NCBI GenBank assembly: GCA_023388205.1 | Contig: JAEWGS010000027.1 | Span: forward strand, 1 to 61,297 | Length of the DNA: 61,297 nucleotides | Origin: Bacillota bacterium | Lineage (GTDB): Bacteria; Bacillota; Clostridia; Saccharofermentanales; Fastidiosipilaceae | Direction: 5' to 3' | Part shown: positions 36,384 through 45,269 of the stretch, piece by piece | How the letters are laid out: every line of letters starts with the position of its first letter | Position numbering within the stretch: the first letter of the stretch is position 1 | Notes under the pieces: model-generated | Databases searched by the model: none | Told to the model about the DNA's origin: nothing | Seen by the model: the letters and a program-made list of their open reading frames with translations, nothing else | Made by a program: the position numbers and the translations under genes

Positions 36384-38054
36384 TTATTTCGCACCCATCT
36401 GGCGTTCATAAGCCGTCTGCATGATCTGAATCAACTGATCCATGCCAACGCCCGCGAAGCCATCCAAGTAGGCCTGCCAGGCGGCATCATCTTCGATATC
36501 CGCCACGCCCGTGATGAATTCCGTGCGCTTGCTTTCAATGTAGTTGTTGACTTCTTCCACGATCAGCTTCAATTCATCAGATTCATCTGCCGTCACGTGC
36601 AAGGCGGGCAAAAGATCCGGACCTTCTTCTGGCTGAGCATAAGGTTCACACTTTTCGCGCGTTTCGGTCGCCAGCAAGGATTCGAGGGCTTCGGGTTTGC
36701 TGAAGTCAACTTCACCTTCAACCGCCTGTCCCATACGCGTCGCAGCTGTCGCGAAGTTCAAACCGACATCTTGCCAGTCGTGATTTTGAGGATCAGAACT
36801 ATAGGGATTCAAAATTTTATAGAGTGCTTTGCCACCGTCTAAGCCCTTCGCATCACCGACATCAAGGGTCCAGTCCTTACCTTCATCCGGACCAAATTGC
36901 ATGCTTAGATATCCCTTTAACGTGTAAAAATAATCGGCGAAACGCAAAGCCACTTCCGGGTAGGGGCAATTTTCAGAGAGCACAAAGGCCGCTTCTTGTA
37001 CGCCGTCATGCTTATAGTGCGTCGCAATTTGCTGACCCTTCGGTCCTTTGAGCGGCAAAGTCACACGGTAGGCGGCATAAGCTTCTGGACTGCTCGTCGC
37101 ATCGTAGGCATCCGAAATCGTCCCATAAGGGGCAAAAAGGACCGGCTCACCGGGTTCATTCATCATCGTGCGGTAAGCTTCGTGATTTTGCGTCAAAGCA
37201 CCTTCGTAAAGATACCCTTCCACATAAAGTTTACGCATCAAACGCAAAGCGTCACGATAGGCCTCTTGCTGGGCAATGCTGAAGATCTTATGATCGTCGC
37301 CGACCACCAGCTTGCCGTTGTAAGAACCCGGATCCAAGATGAAAGGATTCGTCAGCCAATTGGTAAACTGCTGTCCCCAGCCATCGATCGAGCCTGCAAT
37401 CCCCACGCCTTCAGGATGCTTTTCTTTATACGCTTTGAGCACGTCAAAGAGTTCATCAATTGTCTGAGGCATCTCTTTGCCCAACTCTTCCAAGTGCTTC
37501 GTATTGACCCACATTTTGTCGCGGAAAGAACAGTGATAGCACTGGTTGATCGCCGGCAAAGCGTAGATATGCCCATCCGTCTGAGTGATTCTTTCTTTCA
37601 GGCTTGGATTCTCCTTGAGATAGGCCATGAAATTCGGCATATTCGGTTCAATCAAATCGTCCAGTTGCATCAGCTGCTGCTCTTTGACGCCATAACGAGA
37701 GACGCTCGGCGTGGAGAACAAAAACACGTTCGGCAGCTCGCCTGAACTCATCGCCAAATTGACTTGCGTGTCGGCATTGTCCATGCTCACCGTTTGAATC
37801 TTCCAATGCACACCCGTCAGTTCCTCGATGAATTTCGAGAAATCGTTGGTCTCGTAGTCCACCACGTTCGGCATCGCCAAGCGCATCATAGTCATCTCGA
37901 CCTTTTCTTTGGCGATGGGGTAAGTGCCCGGCTCGTTGAGCTCAATTGCAGGCTGATCTTCCGCTCGGACTTCTGTCCCTCGCTGCGGCGTCAGTCCCGC
38001 AGAAAAAAGCAAAGCCGTCGCTAACGTCAATGCCCATACAGCTTTTCTCTTCAT
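36384..38054 (-). CDS. Large extracellular solute-binding protein (LplA-like, family 1) of the sugar ABC importer
   Basis: The probable start is ATG 38054 after GGAGG (MKRKAVWALTLATALLFSAG signal peptide). It is ~556 aa, typical of LplA-type oligosaccharide binders. Confidence 0.85.
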   Translation of the reverse strand: MKRKAVWALTLATALLFSAGLTPQRGTEVRAEDQPAIELNEPGTYPIAKEKVEMTMMRLAMPNVVDYETNDFSKFIEELTGVHWKIQTVSMDNADTQVNLAMSSGELPNVFLFSTPSVSRYGVKEQQLMQLDDLIEPNMPNFMAYLKENPSLKERITQTDGHIYALPAINQCYHCSFRDKMWVNTKHLEELGKEMPQTIDELFDVLKAYKEKHPEGVGIAGSIDGWGQQFTNWLTNPFILDPGSYNGKLVVGDDHKIFSIAQQEAYRDALRLMRKLYVEGYLYEGALTQNHEAYRTMMNEPGEPVLFAPYGTISDAYDATSSPEAYAAYRVTLPLKGPKGQQIATHYKHDGVQEAAFVLSENCPYPEVALRFADYFYTLKGYLSMQFGPDEGKDWTLDVGDAKGLDGGKALYKILNPYSSDPQNHDWQDVGLNFATAATRMGQAVEGEVDFSKPEALESLLATETREKCEPYAQPEEGPDLLPALHVTADESDELKLIVEEVNNYIESKRTEFITGVADIEDDAAWQAYLDGFAGVGMDQLIQIMQTAYERQMGAK

Positions 38055-38395
38055 CTGTTCCTCCATTCTCCGCCATTTGCGGCCCTTTCGGGTGGTCCCG
38101 GTTTGCACCGTTCACTGTTCTGCCGTTTTTATTAAGCCATGTATCAAAGAAGTCTCCTAGGCTTCCTCACGGCTGCGCCTGTCTCACAATCAGACGCGCA
38201 GTTTGGCGTTTTAGGAACTTAGTTTTTTTAGCTTAACAGTTGCGTCATGCGCTGACTGCGAGCTTCTTGCTGGTGAAGGTCATCCGCTGGCTGCGGCTTC
38301 TGGTTGACTGACCCTCTTATGTGCGAAAATTCCCGAAAACTTCGCCTTCTTCGCCTTTTTTCACAAGCGCGATCGACTGATCTCATCTTCGCCTG

Positions 38396-38464
38396 CGTCT
38401 TCGGTCTTGTCTTCGTCTTTGTCCTTGTCTTGCTTCGGTCTTATCTTGTCTTGCTTCGGTCTTA
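38396..38464. repeat. Pyrimidine-rich tandem repeat (two exact 20-mers plus degenerate copies)
   Basis: CTTGTCTTGCTTCGGTCTTA occurs at 38424-38443 and 38445-38464, preceded by related CGTCTTCGGTCTTGTCTTCGTCTTTGTC. Confidence 0.85.
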
Positions 38465-38506
38465 GAAGCTTGCCGGCACAAGACGCCCCCGATTCAGTCA
38501 AATCGG

Positions 38507-39838
38507 TCAAAAAGCTTCTATTTTGAGTTCGTCACCTTCAATATCAACCGCAATAATCGGTAAAATCTCCTGATCTAGATCCGCTCCAACATCCGTCCCC
38601 GCCTTCACTTGATCGCGCTCATCTTGACCCGAGCGCCCGCTGCGATCAATACAAGACTCAGGAAGCTTAATTCGCCAATAGCTGTGCCCTTCTAAATCTT
38701 CCCCGTCAATGAGCTCAAGTGGCTCACCCGTCGCCAAAAGTCTCGCTGCCAGCGGTTTATTTTCCAAATTGAACAAAGCGAGTTGCTCAGATTTTTGTCG
38801 CCGTCTCAAGTAAATATAAATACGCCCTGGTCGCTGCGTCATATAAAAGTCGTCTTGCACATAAGGGTACACAGGCGTCGCCTCGCAACCATAAATCGCT
38901 TCACCATGCTTCTTAAGGTACTGTCCAACATTTTCCAAAATTTTCAAAGAAGCCTCTGGCACCTCGCCCGTCCCCATCGGACCGACGTTCAGCAAGTAAT
39001 TACCGCCACGCGACAAGACCGCAAAGAGCTCATCGAGCACAGATTTCTCAGATCGATACGCTTGATCTGAAATTTTATAACCCCAAGATTCATTCAACGT
39101 TGCTGGCAGCTCAAAAACCTGCGTCTGTGGCAAGGCCGGCAGCATATTGTCCCCAGTTTCTCTAAAGTCTCCGAGTCCATGCCCGATGCGTCCAGAAATC
39201 AGACACTCCGGCTGAAGCTCTTTGACTAAATTTTTTAGACGAAGGCATTGTTCAAAAGACATACCCATCGGCGTGTCAAACCAAATCATTCCGATACGGC
39301 CGTACTGTGTCAAAAGTTCTTTCACTTGAGGTAAACACTTCGTCTCAAAGTAGCGCTCAAAATTTTGCGGACTCGTATTGCGATAAGCCTCATACGCATT
39401 GGGATCGGACCAATCTTGGGCTTGAGAATAATAGACACAAAACACGAGGCCAAACTCTGCACAGGCAGAAGAGAGCTCACGGACCAAATCGCGCTTCGCT
39501 TTTGCGTGCATACTGGTGTAAGTCGACACTTGCGAATCAAAAAGTGCGAAACCCTCATGGTGCTTCGTCGTCAAACAGAGGTAACGAAAACCCGCCTGCT
39601 TAGCGAAGCGACAAAGCGCCCTCGCGTCAAAAGCCTGCGGGTCAAAATCATCCATTAATTTCTGATAGCGTTCAAAGGGAATGGCCTTCGTATGCATGAT
39701 CCATTCTGAAAGCCAAGGAGCATCTTCACCTTGCCATCGTCCGCCAAGCAAGGAATACAAACCAAAGTGAACAAAAAGTCCATACTTCGCTTGACTAAAC
39801 CAATCCATGTGCTGCGCTCTTCTCATGGTCACACCCAA
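38507..39838 (-). CDS. GH29 alpha-L-fucosidase
   Basis: Shows YGLFVHFGLYS, TKHHEGFALFDS and the WFD...G motifs typical of GH29. A C-terminal beta-sandwich-like region is present. Confidence 0.88.
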   Translation of the reverse strand: MGVTMRRAQHMDWFSQAKYGLFVHFGLYSLLGGRWQGEDAPWLSEWIMHTKAIPFERYQKLMDDFDPQAFDARALCRFAKQAGFRYLCLTTKHHEGFALFDSQVSTYTSMHAKAKRDLVRELSSACAEFGLVFCVYYSQAQDWSDPNAYEAYRNTSPQNFERYFETKCLPQVKELLTQYGRIGMIWFDTPMGMSFEQCLRLKNLVKELQPECLISGRIGHGLGDFRETGDNMLPALPQTQVFELPATLNESWGYKISDQAYRSEKSVLDELFAVLSRGGNYLLNVGPMGTGEVPEASLKILENVGQYLKKHGEAIYGCEATPVYPYVQDDFYMTQRPGRIYIYLRRRQKSEQLALFNLENKPLAARLLATGEPLELIDGEDLEGHSYWRIKLPESCIDRSGRSGQDERDQVKAGTDVGADLDQEILPIIAVDIEGDELKIEAF

Positions 39839-40183
39839 CCGTTTTTCTATTCATAAAAGGCCGACTGAGATCTCATCCTGATTGAAAACGACAATTCAAT
39901 CTCTGAGAACTTCGAATGAATTTGTGCAAACCTTATCAAAAGCCTCTCTAAACTGCAAGCTTATTTTGCCCCTTCATTCGCCTATTTTCTCCATTTTGCC
40001 CCCAATTCTCTAGTTTTTTGTCACATTTAACATGAATTGCCTAAGGCGACATGGCCGCCGCGCCGCGACACGGCGCGCAAAAAAAAGAGGCGTCCCTTTG
40101 AACTATGAACTGCCTCCCATGACTGTGTTTTAAAAATTGTTGATATTGGAACGATTCTATGTCGTAATATTTTTCGAACACAA

Positions 40184-40211
40184 TCTTGAAAAGTTGTGTC
40201 TTGAAAGTTGG
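40184..40211 (+). promoter_or_regulatory. Direct repeats immediately upstream of abiEi (candidate autoregulatory operator)
   Basis: TCTTGAAAAGTTG (40184-40196) and TCTTGAAAGTTGG (40199-40211) lie upstream of the ATG at 40219. They overlap an ACACAA...TTGTGT inverted repeat. Confidence 0.3.
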
Positions 40212-40218
40212 TGAATGA

Positions 40219-40824
40219 ATGGACAGAATGAAAACCGTAAAAAACATTATAAAAAATAACAATGGTATTGCAAAAACCGCTGATTTTGTCACCAAGGGGC
40301 TTTCCAACTATGAGGTAGCCAATCTATGCAAAGAGGGCTATCTTGAACGCGTCAGACATGGCTATTACCAACTCGCCGAGCAGGAAGATATAAAGGAAGA
40401 ACAGGTGCTTGCCACGCTCCTTCCCGAAAGCATCGTTTGCGTTGAATCGGCGCTGTTCTATTACGGTTACAACGACTTTGCGCCCAGGCAATGGTCGATC
40501 GCTGTTCCCCGTACTTTTTCACGGACAAAACTGAACATCGACTCTCTTGCGACAAAAGCATATTTTATACAGCCTGCTTTGTTTGAAATTGGAAGAACAA
40601 GCGGGGATTTCAATGGTGTACAGCTTGCTGTTTATGATCGGGAACGCACCATTTGCGACTGTTTCAAATACCGCACAAAGCTGGACAACGAAATGTTTAA
40701 TAAGGCGCTCAATGCCTATGCTGCCGATCAAAAAAAGAATCTGAGTAATCTTTCAAGTTACGCAAAGAAAATGCGAGTTTATAAAAAATTGATGGCTGTG
40801 ATGGAGGTGCTGCTTAATGGCTGA
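40219..40824 (+). CDS. abiEi: AbiEi-family type IV toxin-antitoxin antitoxin (transcriptional regulator)
   Basis: 201 aa. N-terminal wHTH pattern IIKNNNGIAKTADFVTKGLSNYEVANLCKEGYLERVRHGYYQL, then VESALFYYGY...AVPR, typical of AbiEi. The gene lies in an AT-rich islet. Confidence 0.85.
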   Translation: MDRMKTVKNIIKNNNGIAKTADFVTKGLSNYEVANLCKEGYLERVRHGYYQLAEQEDIKEEQVLATLLPESIVCVESALFYYGYNDFAPRQWSIAVPRTFSRTKLNIDSLATKAYFIQPALFEIGRTSGDFNGVQLAVYDRERTICDCFKYRTKLDNEMFNKALNAYAADQKKNLSNLSSYAKKMRVYKKLMAVMEVLLNG

Positions 40825-40972
40825 TGTTGCTGCTTCCGTGCTTGCACGGCTGAAAAACAAGGCTGATCTGAAAGCCACCATCCACCACTGGAACCACGTA
40901 AGACGCCAGGTAAAACTGAAGGGCCTGGCCCCGGTCGAGTACCGAGACCAGGCCCTCCATAGGGCTGGCTAG
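40817..40972 (+). pseudogene. AbiEii toxin remnant (first ~19 codons) fused in frame to the last ~30 codons of an IS3-family transposase
   Basis: A 51-codon ORF, too short for the ORF track. Its ATG overlaps the abiEi stop by 8 bp. MADVAASVLARLKNKADLK matches the usual AbiEii N-terminus. The rest, IHHWNHVRRQVKLKGLAPVEYRDQAL, matches the conserved C-terminal tail of IS3/IS150-type OrfB. Confidence 0.6.
40874..40972 (+). mobile_element. IS3-family transposase 3' fragment (remnant only)
   Basis: GC-rich patch encoding the ...YNH.R...KLKGL.PVEYR tail. No upstream transposase body or clear terminal inverted repeat is present. Confidence 0.5.
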
Positions 40973-41056
40973 CAATTTTATTTATCGCGTCCAAGTTTTG
41001 GCGTACAGTTCTGCCCCTACGCTTAATCAAGCACAGGCTTCTTAGGCCTTGGCACA

Positions 41057-41740
41057 TCAAGCCTCGCGCGGTTGACCCTCGCGCTGTTGACGTGCGCGAA
41101 TTTGCTCTTCGAGCAACATATCTTTGACCTTCATCAATCGAGTCAAATTGTCGCGTTCATTTTCATCCATGCGCATGGCGATCACTTTGATTTGCCGTTG
41201 AAGCTTAGGAATCATCACGTGCTCCAAGGAGTTGACTCTGCGGCGCGTCTTTTCAATTTCCCCCGCCATCAACTGAAGCTGCTTTTCGCGCTCAGCCAGC
41301 TGAATCATGACAGGAAGCGCTTCCCTCAAAGCGTGCAAAGCTAAATCCAACTCGCCTGTCGTTGAAGCTACACCATAAGTAAATCGCCCCGTTTGCGCCG
41401 TCTCCAAAGGACTCACGCTGTGAAAAACAGGATATTCCACCGCCATCACGCTTTTGTAGTCCACGTCAAAAGCCAAAGATTCTGCGGACAGCTGCATGGC
41501 CTCGTCGAGCATTTCTGGTTGCATCACAGCTCGAGCCATACTCATCGCCAAAGCAGCGTTGCCCAAAAGCTGGTCTACTTTTTGTCTCAATTCAAGCGTC
41601 CCTTCGACCATCGCAAGGAATTCTTTCATCAGACCGTCGCGCTTATCTTTGAGCATGCTATAACCGCGCATCGCCGTCTTGAGCTCACGCTTGAGGCGCA
41701 TGAGCGACATGCGGTTCGGACTCATCCGATCATTCGCCAT
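41057..41740 (-). CDS. ntpD: V-type ATPase subunit D
   Basis: 227 aa, PNRMSLMRLKRELKTAMRGYSMLKDKRDGL. Last gene of the ntp string. Confidence 0.92.
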   Translation of the reverse strand: MANDRMSPNRMSLMRLKRELKTAMRGYSMLKDKRDGLMKEFLAMVEGTLELRQKVDQLLGNAALAMSMARAVMQPEMLDEAMQLSAESLAFDVDYKSVMAVEYPVFHSVSPLETAQTGRFTYGVASTTGELDLALHALREALPVMIQLAEREKQLQLMAGEIEKTRRRVNSLEHVMIPKLQRQIKVIAMRMDENERDNLTRLMKVKDMLLEEQIRARQQREGQPREA

Positions 41741-41759
41741 ATCGACCTCCTCAGCTCAA

Positions 41760-43124
41760 TTAATAGTACTGTTCAATAAAGGACTCACGAATACGGCGCA
41801 GCTCAGACTTCGGCAAAATGCGCAACAAGGACCAGCCAATATCCATGGTCTCTTCGATGCTGCGATTACTGGTAAAGCCCTGTGAGACATACTCTTTTTC
41901 GAAAGCCGTTGAGAATTTCGCATAAAGCTTATCCGTCTCACTCAAAGCTGACTCACCCAAGATCACCTCCAGCTCGCGGGCGTCTTTACCACGTGAATAG
42001 GCCGCAAAGAGCTGGTTCATCACCTGCGCGTGATCCGCGCGCGTCTTGCCTTCACCGATACCTTTATCTTTTAGACGAGACAAAGACGGCAACACGTCAA
42101 TCGGTGGACGAAGCCCCGTATTGTAAAGGCCGCGATCCAAAATGATCTGTCCCTCAGTGATATAGCCGGTCAAGTCCGGAATGGGGTGGGTTTTGTCATC
42201 GTCTGGCATGGTCAAAATCGGCATCATCGTGATCGAGCCTTTTTTGCCTTTTTTGCGGCCAGCGCGTTCATAGAGTCCCGCCAAGTCTGTGTAGAGATAG
42301 CCCGGATAACCACGGCGTCCCGGAACTTCTTTTCGAGCAGCAGACACTTCACGCAAAGCTTCTGCGTAGTAAGTCATATCTGTCATAATGACGAGCACTT
42401 GCATGTCGAGGTCAAAGGCCAGATATTCCGCACAGGTCAAAGCCATACGCGGGGTAGAAATACGCTCGATCGCCGGCTCATCCGCCAAGTTTAAGAACAT
42501 GACCGTACGATCAATCGCGCCCGTCTTGCGGAAGTCAGTCATGAAATAATCCGCTTCTTCAAAAGTAATCCCCATCGCCGCGAAGACCACCGCGAACTGT
42601 TCATCGTTGCCGAGCACTTTGGCCTGACGCGCGATCTGAGCGGCCAGCTGCGCATGGGGCATACCTGAACCTGAGAAGATCGGGAGCTTTTGACCACGGA
42701 CGAGCGTGTTGAGGCCGTCGATCGCAGAAACACCCGTCTGAATAAACTCGTTGGGATAGTCTCTCGCCGCAGGGTTCATCGCCGCGCCGTTAATATCGAG
42801 GCGTTTTTCAGGAATCACCGGAGGGGCGCCATCGATCGGGCGACCTGTTCCGTTAAAGATACGGCCGAGCATATCTTTAGACACTGCGAGCTCTTGGCCG
42901 TGCCCCAAAAATTTCACTTCACTTTCTTGGATGTTGATCCCGATAGCGCTTTCAAACAATTGCACCAAAGCATCTGATCCATCAATTTCCAAAACACGGC
43001 AACGACGGACTTCACCGGAAGGCAAGACGATCTCGCCGAGCTCATCAAAGGTCACGCCCTCGACATCGCGTACGAGCATCAGAGGACCTGCAACCTCTTC
43101 AATTGTTCTAAATGATTTCGCCAT
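41760..43124 (-). CDS. ntpB: V-type ATPase subunit B
   Basis: 454 aa with a non-catalytic B-subunit pattern ([25 protein letters not shown]). Confidence 0.95.
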   Translation of the reverse strand: MAKSFRTIEEVAGPLMLVRDVEGVTFDELGEIVLPSGEVRRCRVLEIDGSDALVQLFESAIGINIQESEVKFLGHGQELAVSKDMLGRIFNGTGRPIDGAPPVIPEKRLDINGAAMNPAARDYPNEFIQTGVSAIDGLNTLVRGQKLPIFSGSGMPHAQLAAQIARQAKVLGNDEQFAVVFAAMGITFEEADYFMTDFRKTGAIDRTVMFLNLADEPAIERISTPRMALTCAEYLAFDLDMQVLVIMTDMTYYAEALREVSAARKEVPGRRGYPGYLYTDLAGLYERAGRKKGKKGSITMMPILTMPDDDKTHPIPDLTGYITEGQIILDRGLYNTGLRPPIDVLPSLSRLKDKGIGEGKTRADHAQVMNQLFAAYSRGKDARELEVILGESALSETDKLYAKFSTAFEKEYVSQGFTSNRSIEETMDIGWSLLRILPKSELRRIRESFIEQYY

Positions 43125-43125
43125 G

Positions 43126-44904
43126 TTATTCCTCCCTCAACGCATCGATTTCTTGCGTTAGAGCTTTTTGCACCTGCTGATATTGCGTTTGGACTTGGTC
43201 TTCGAGCGTGTACTTATAACGGCCGATTTCTTCCATAACCTGAAGCTGCGTCAAAGCCTTAAAGGGCACGCCGCGGTCCAAAGCCTCACAACCTTTGTGG
43301 TAGTAACTCAAAATCAAATCAAGCATGTAGTACTGCTTTTCGAGCGAAGTATAGGTGTCAATCTCATCAAAGCTGTTCTGATGCAAGAAGTCTTCACGAA
43401 TCGAGCGGCTCGCTTCCAGCTTCAAGCGGTCTTTGACTGAAAGGGTGTCCGCACCGACCAACTTGACGATCTCTTCAAGTTCAGACTCATCTTGCAGCAG
43501 CTGCATCGCTTCCATACGATTCTGCTTCCAATGATTATTCACATGCTCATCCATCCAGCTGAGCACTTTATCTTCATACAAGGAATAACTGTTGAGCCAG
43601 TTGATGGCTGGGAAGTGACGCTTATAAGCAAGTTGCGCGTCGAGCGACCAGAACACTTTGACGATACGCAAAGTCGACTGAACAACGGGGTCTGACATAT
43701 CACCGCCAGGAGGCGAAACCGCACCGATCGCCGTCAAAACGCCCAAGCGACGATCTTGGCCCAAACAATAAACCATGCCTGCGCGCTCATAGAACTGAGC
43801 CAAGCGAGAACCTAGGTAAGCGGGATAACCTTCCTCACCGGGCATCTCTTCCAAACGGCCGCTCATCTCACGCAAAGCCTCCGCCCAACGCGAAGTCGAG
43901 TCTGCCATGATCGACACTGAATAACCCATGTCACGGTAATACTCAGCAATCGTAATACCGGTGTAAATCGAAGCTTCACGCGCCGCCACGGGCATGTCCG
44001 AGGTATTCGCGATCAAGATCGTGCGCTCCATCAAAGATTTGCCTGACTTGGGGTCTTTGAGTTCGGGAAATTCGCCGAGCACGTCCGTCATCTCATTGCC
44101 GCGCTCACCGCAGCCGATGTAAACGACGATATCAGAAGCCGCCCACTTCGCAAGCTGATGCTGAATGACCGTCTTACCGGAACCGAAGGGGCCCGGAACC
44201 GCCGCTGTCCCCCCCTTGGTCAAAGGGAAGAAGGTATCGACGACGCGCTGGCCCGTCATCAAAGGTTCACTCGGTGCGAGCTTGCCGGCATGAGGACGCG
44301 CCTTTCGCACGGGCCACTGTTGAAGCATAGGCACTTCGCGGCGCTCGCCCGTTTCCGTCTCCAGTTCAACTAAGGGCTGCACAATCGTGTAATCGCCCGC
44401 AGGCACCACTTTGAGAACCTTGCATGCGCCCTGAATGCTCGGAGGGACCATGACCTTATGCGTGATCAAATCCGTTTCCGGAACCGTCCCGATCACATCG
44501 CCCGCCTGAACGCTGTCTCCGACTTGAACCGTAGGCGTAAAAGCCCAGGTCTTTTCACGATCAAGCTTGTCGATGCGCACACCGCGAGCGATATTGCCAC
44601 CCATCTGCTGACGCATGGTTTCAAGCGGACGCTGAATGCCGTCAAAGATATTGCCCATCAGGCCAGGCGCCAAGTCCACCGAAAGGGGCGCTCCAGTTGA
44701 GCGAACCGGTTCGCCCGGTCCCAGCCCCGCCGTTTCTTCATAAACCTGAATCGAGGCCAAATCTCCGTGCACCTCAATCACTTCGCCGATCAGGCCAACT
44801 TCTGCGACCTGAACCACGTCGAACATCTGCACGTCACGCATTCCTTCTGCAACGACCAATGGCCCCGACACTTTTCGAATCGTGCCCTGACTCAACTTTT
44901 GCAT
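43126..44904 (-). CDS. ntpA: V-type ATPase catalytic subunit A
   Basis: 592 aa with Walker [10 protein letters not shown] and the A-subunit-specific non-homologous region. Confidence 0.95.
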   Translation of the reverse strand: MQKLSQGTIRKVSGPLVVAEGMRDVQMFDVVQVAEVGLIGEVIEVHGDLASIQVYEETAGLGPGEPVRSTGAPLSVDLAPGLMGNIFDGIQRPLETMRQQMGGNIARGVRIDKLDREKTWAFTPTVQVGDSVQAGDVIGTVPETDLITHKVMVPPSIQGACKVLKVVPAGDYTIVQPLVELETETGERREVPMLQQWPVRKARPHAGKLAPSEPLMTGQRVVDTFFPLTKGGTAAVPGPFGSGKTVIQHQLAKWAASDIVVYIGCGERGNEMTDVLGEFPELKDPKSGKSLMERTILIANTSDMPVAAREASIYTGITIAEYYRDMGYSVSIMADSTSRWAEALREMSGRLEEMPGEEGYPAYLGSRLAQFYERAGMVYCLGQDRRLGVLTAIGAVSPPGGDMSDPVVQSTLRIVKVFWSLDAQLAYKRHFPAINWLNSYSLYEDKVLSWMDEHVNNHWKQNRMEAMQLLQDESELEEIVKLVGADTLSVKDRLKLEASRSIREDFLHQNSFDEIDTYTSLEKQYYMLDLILSYYHKGCEALDRGVPFKALTQLQVMEEIGRYKYTLEDQVQTQYQQVQKALTQEIDALREE

Positions 44905-44907
44905 GTC

Positions 44908-45252
44908 TTAGCTCTCCTCTTCCTTGTTTGCGAATAGATCAAAGCCGACCGCTCTTCTCACGGAGACGCGTATCGCTTCCTCGCCGATCCCAATCTGCCC
45001 ACTGGATGCGGGAATGGGCACCAGAGCTGGAAGCACGTCAAAACGGTACTGCGACACCACGTCTGAACACGCCTGCATCACTTGCTCCGTCATAAAGATC
45101 ACGGCGTAATTTTCCGATCGAATGAGTTCACGCAAAAGCTCTTCCGAGTTCGTTTGCTCATCTACGGGATAAACCTCAAGCCCGAGGCCGCGAAAGCCGA
45201 TGACACTCCCCATGTCTCCCATCACAGCCATGCGCTTTGTTTTCTGTTTCAT
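44908..45252 (-). CDS. V-type ATPase subunit F (NtpG in E. hirae nomenclature)
   Basis: 114 aa, MAVMGDMGSVIGFRGLGLEVYPV. Located between C and A as in ntpFIKECGABD. Confidence 0.85.
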   Translation of the reverse strand: MKQKTKRMAVMGDMGSVIGFRGLGLEVYPVDEQTNSEELLRELIRSENYAVIFMTEQVMQACSDVVSQYRFDVLPALVPIPASSGQIGIGEEAIRVSVRRAVGFDLFANKEEES

Positions 45253-45269
45253 AGTTCTCGCCCTTTCTC

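Noticed and set aside
40041-40307. 88-aa minus-strand ORF overlapping the abiEi start, and a GCGCCG-CGACA-CGGCGC hairpin followed by A8 (about 40061-40088).
   Set aside because: The ORF overlaps the abiEi promoter and start, is hydrophobic AT-rich-frame noise, and has no RBS. The hairpin has its A/T run on the wrong side to act as a terminator for either neighbouring gene.
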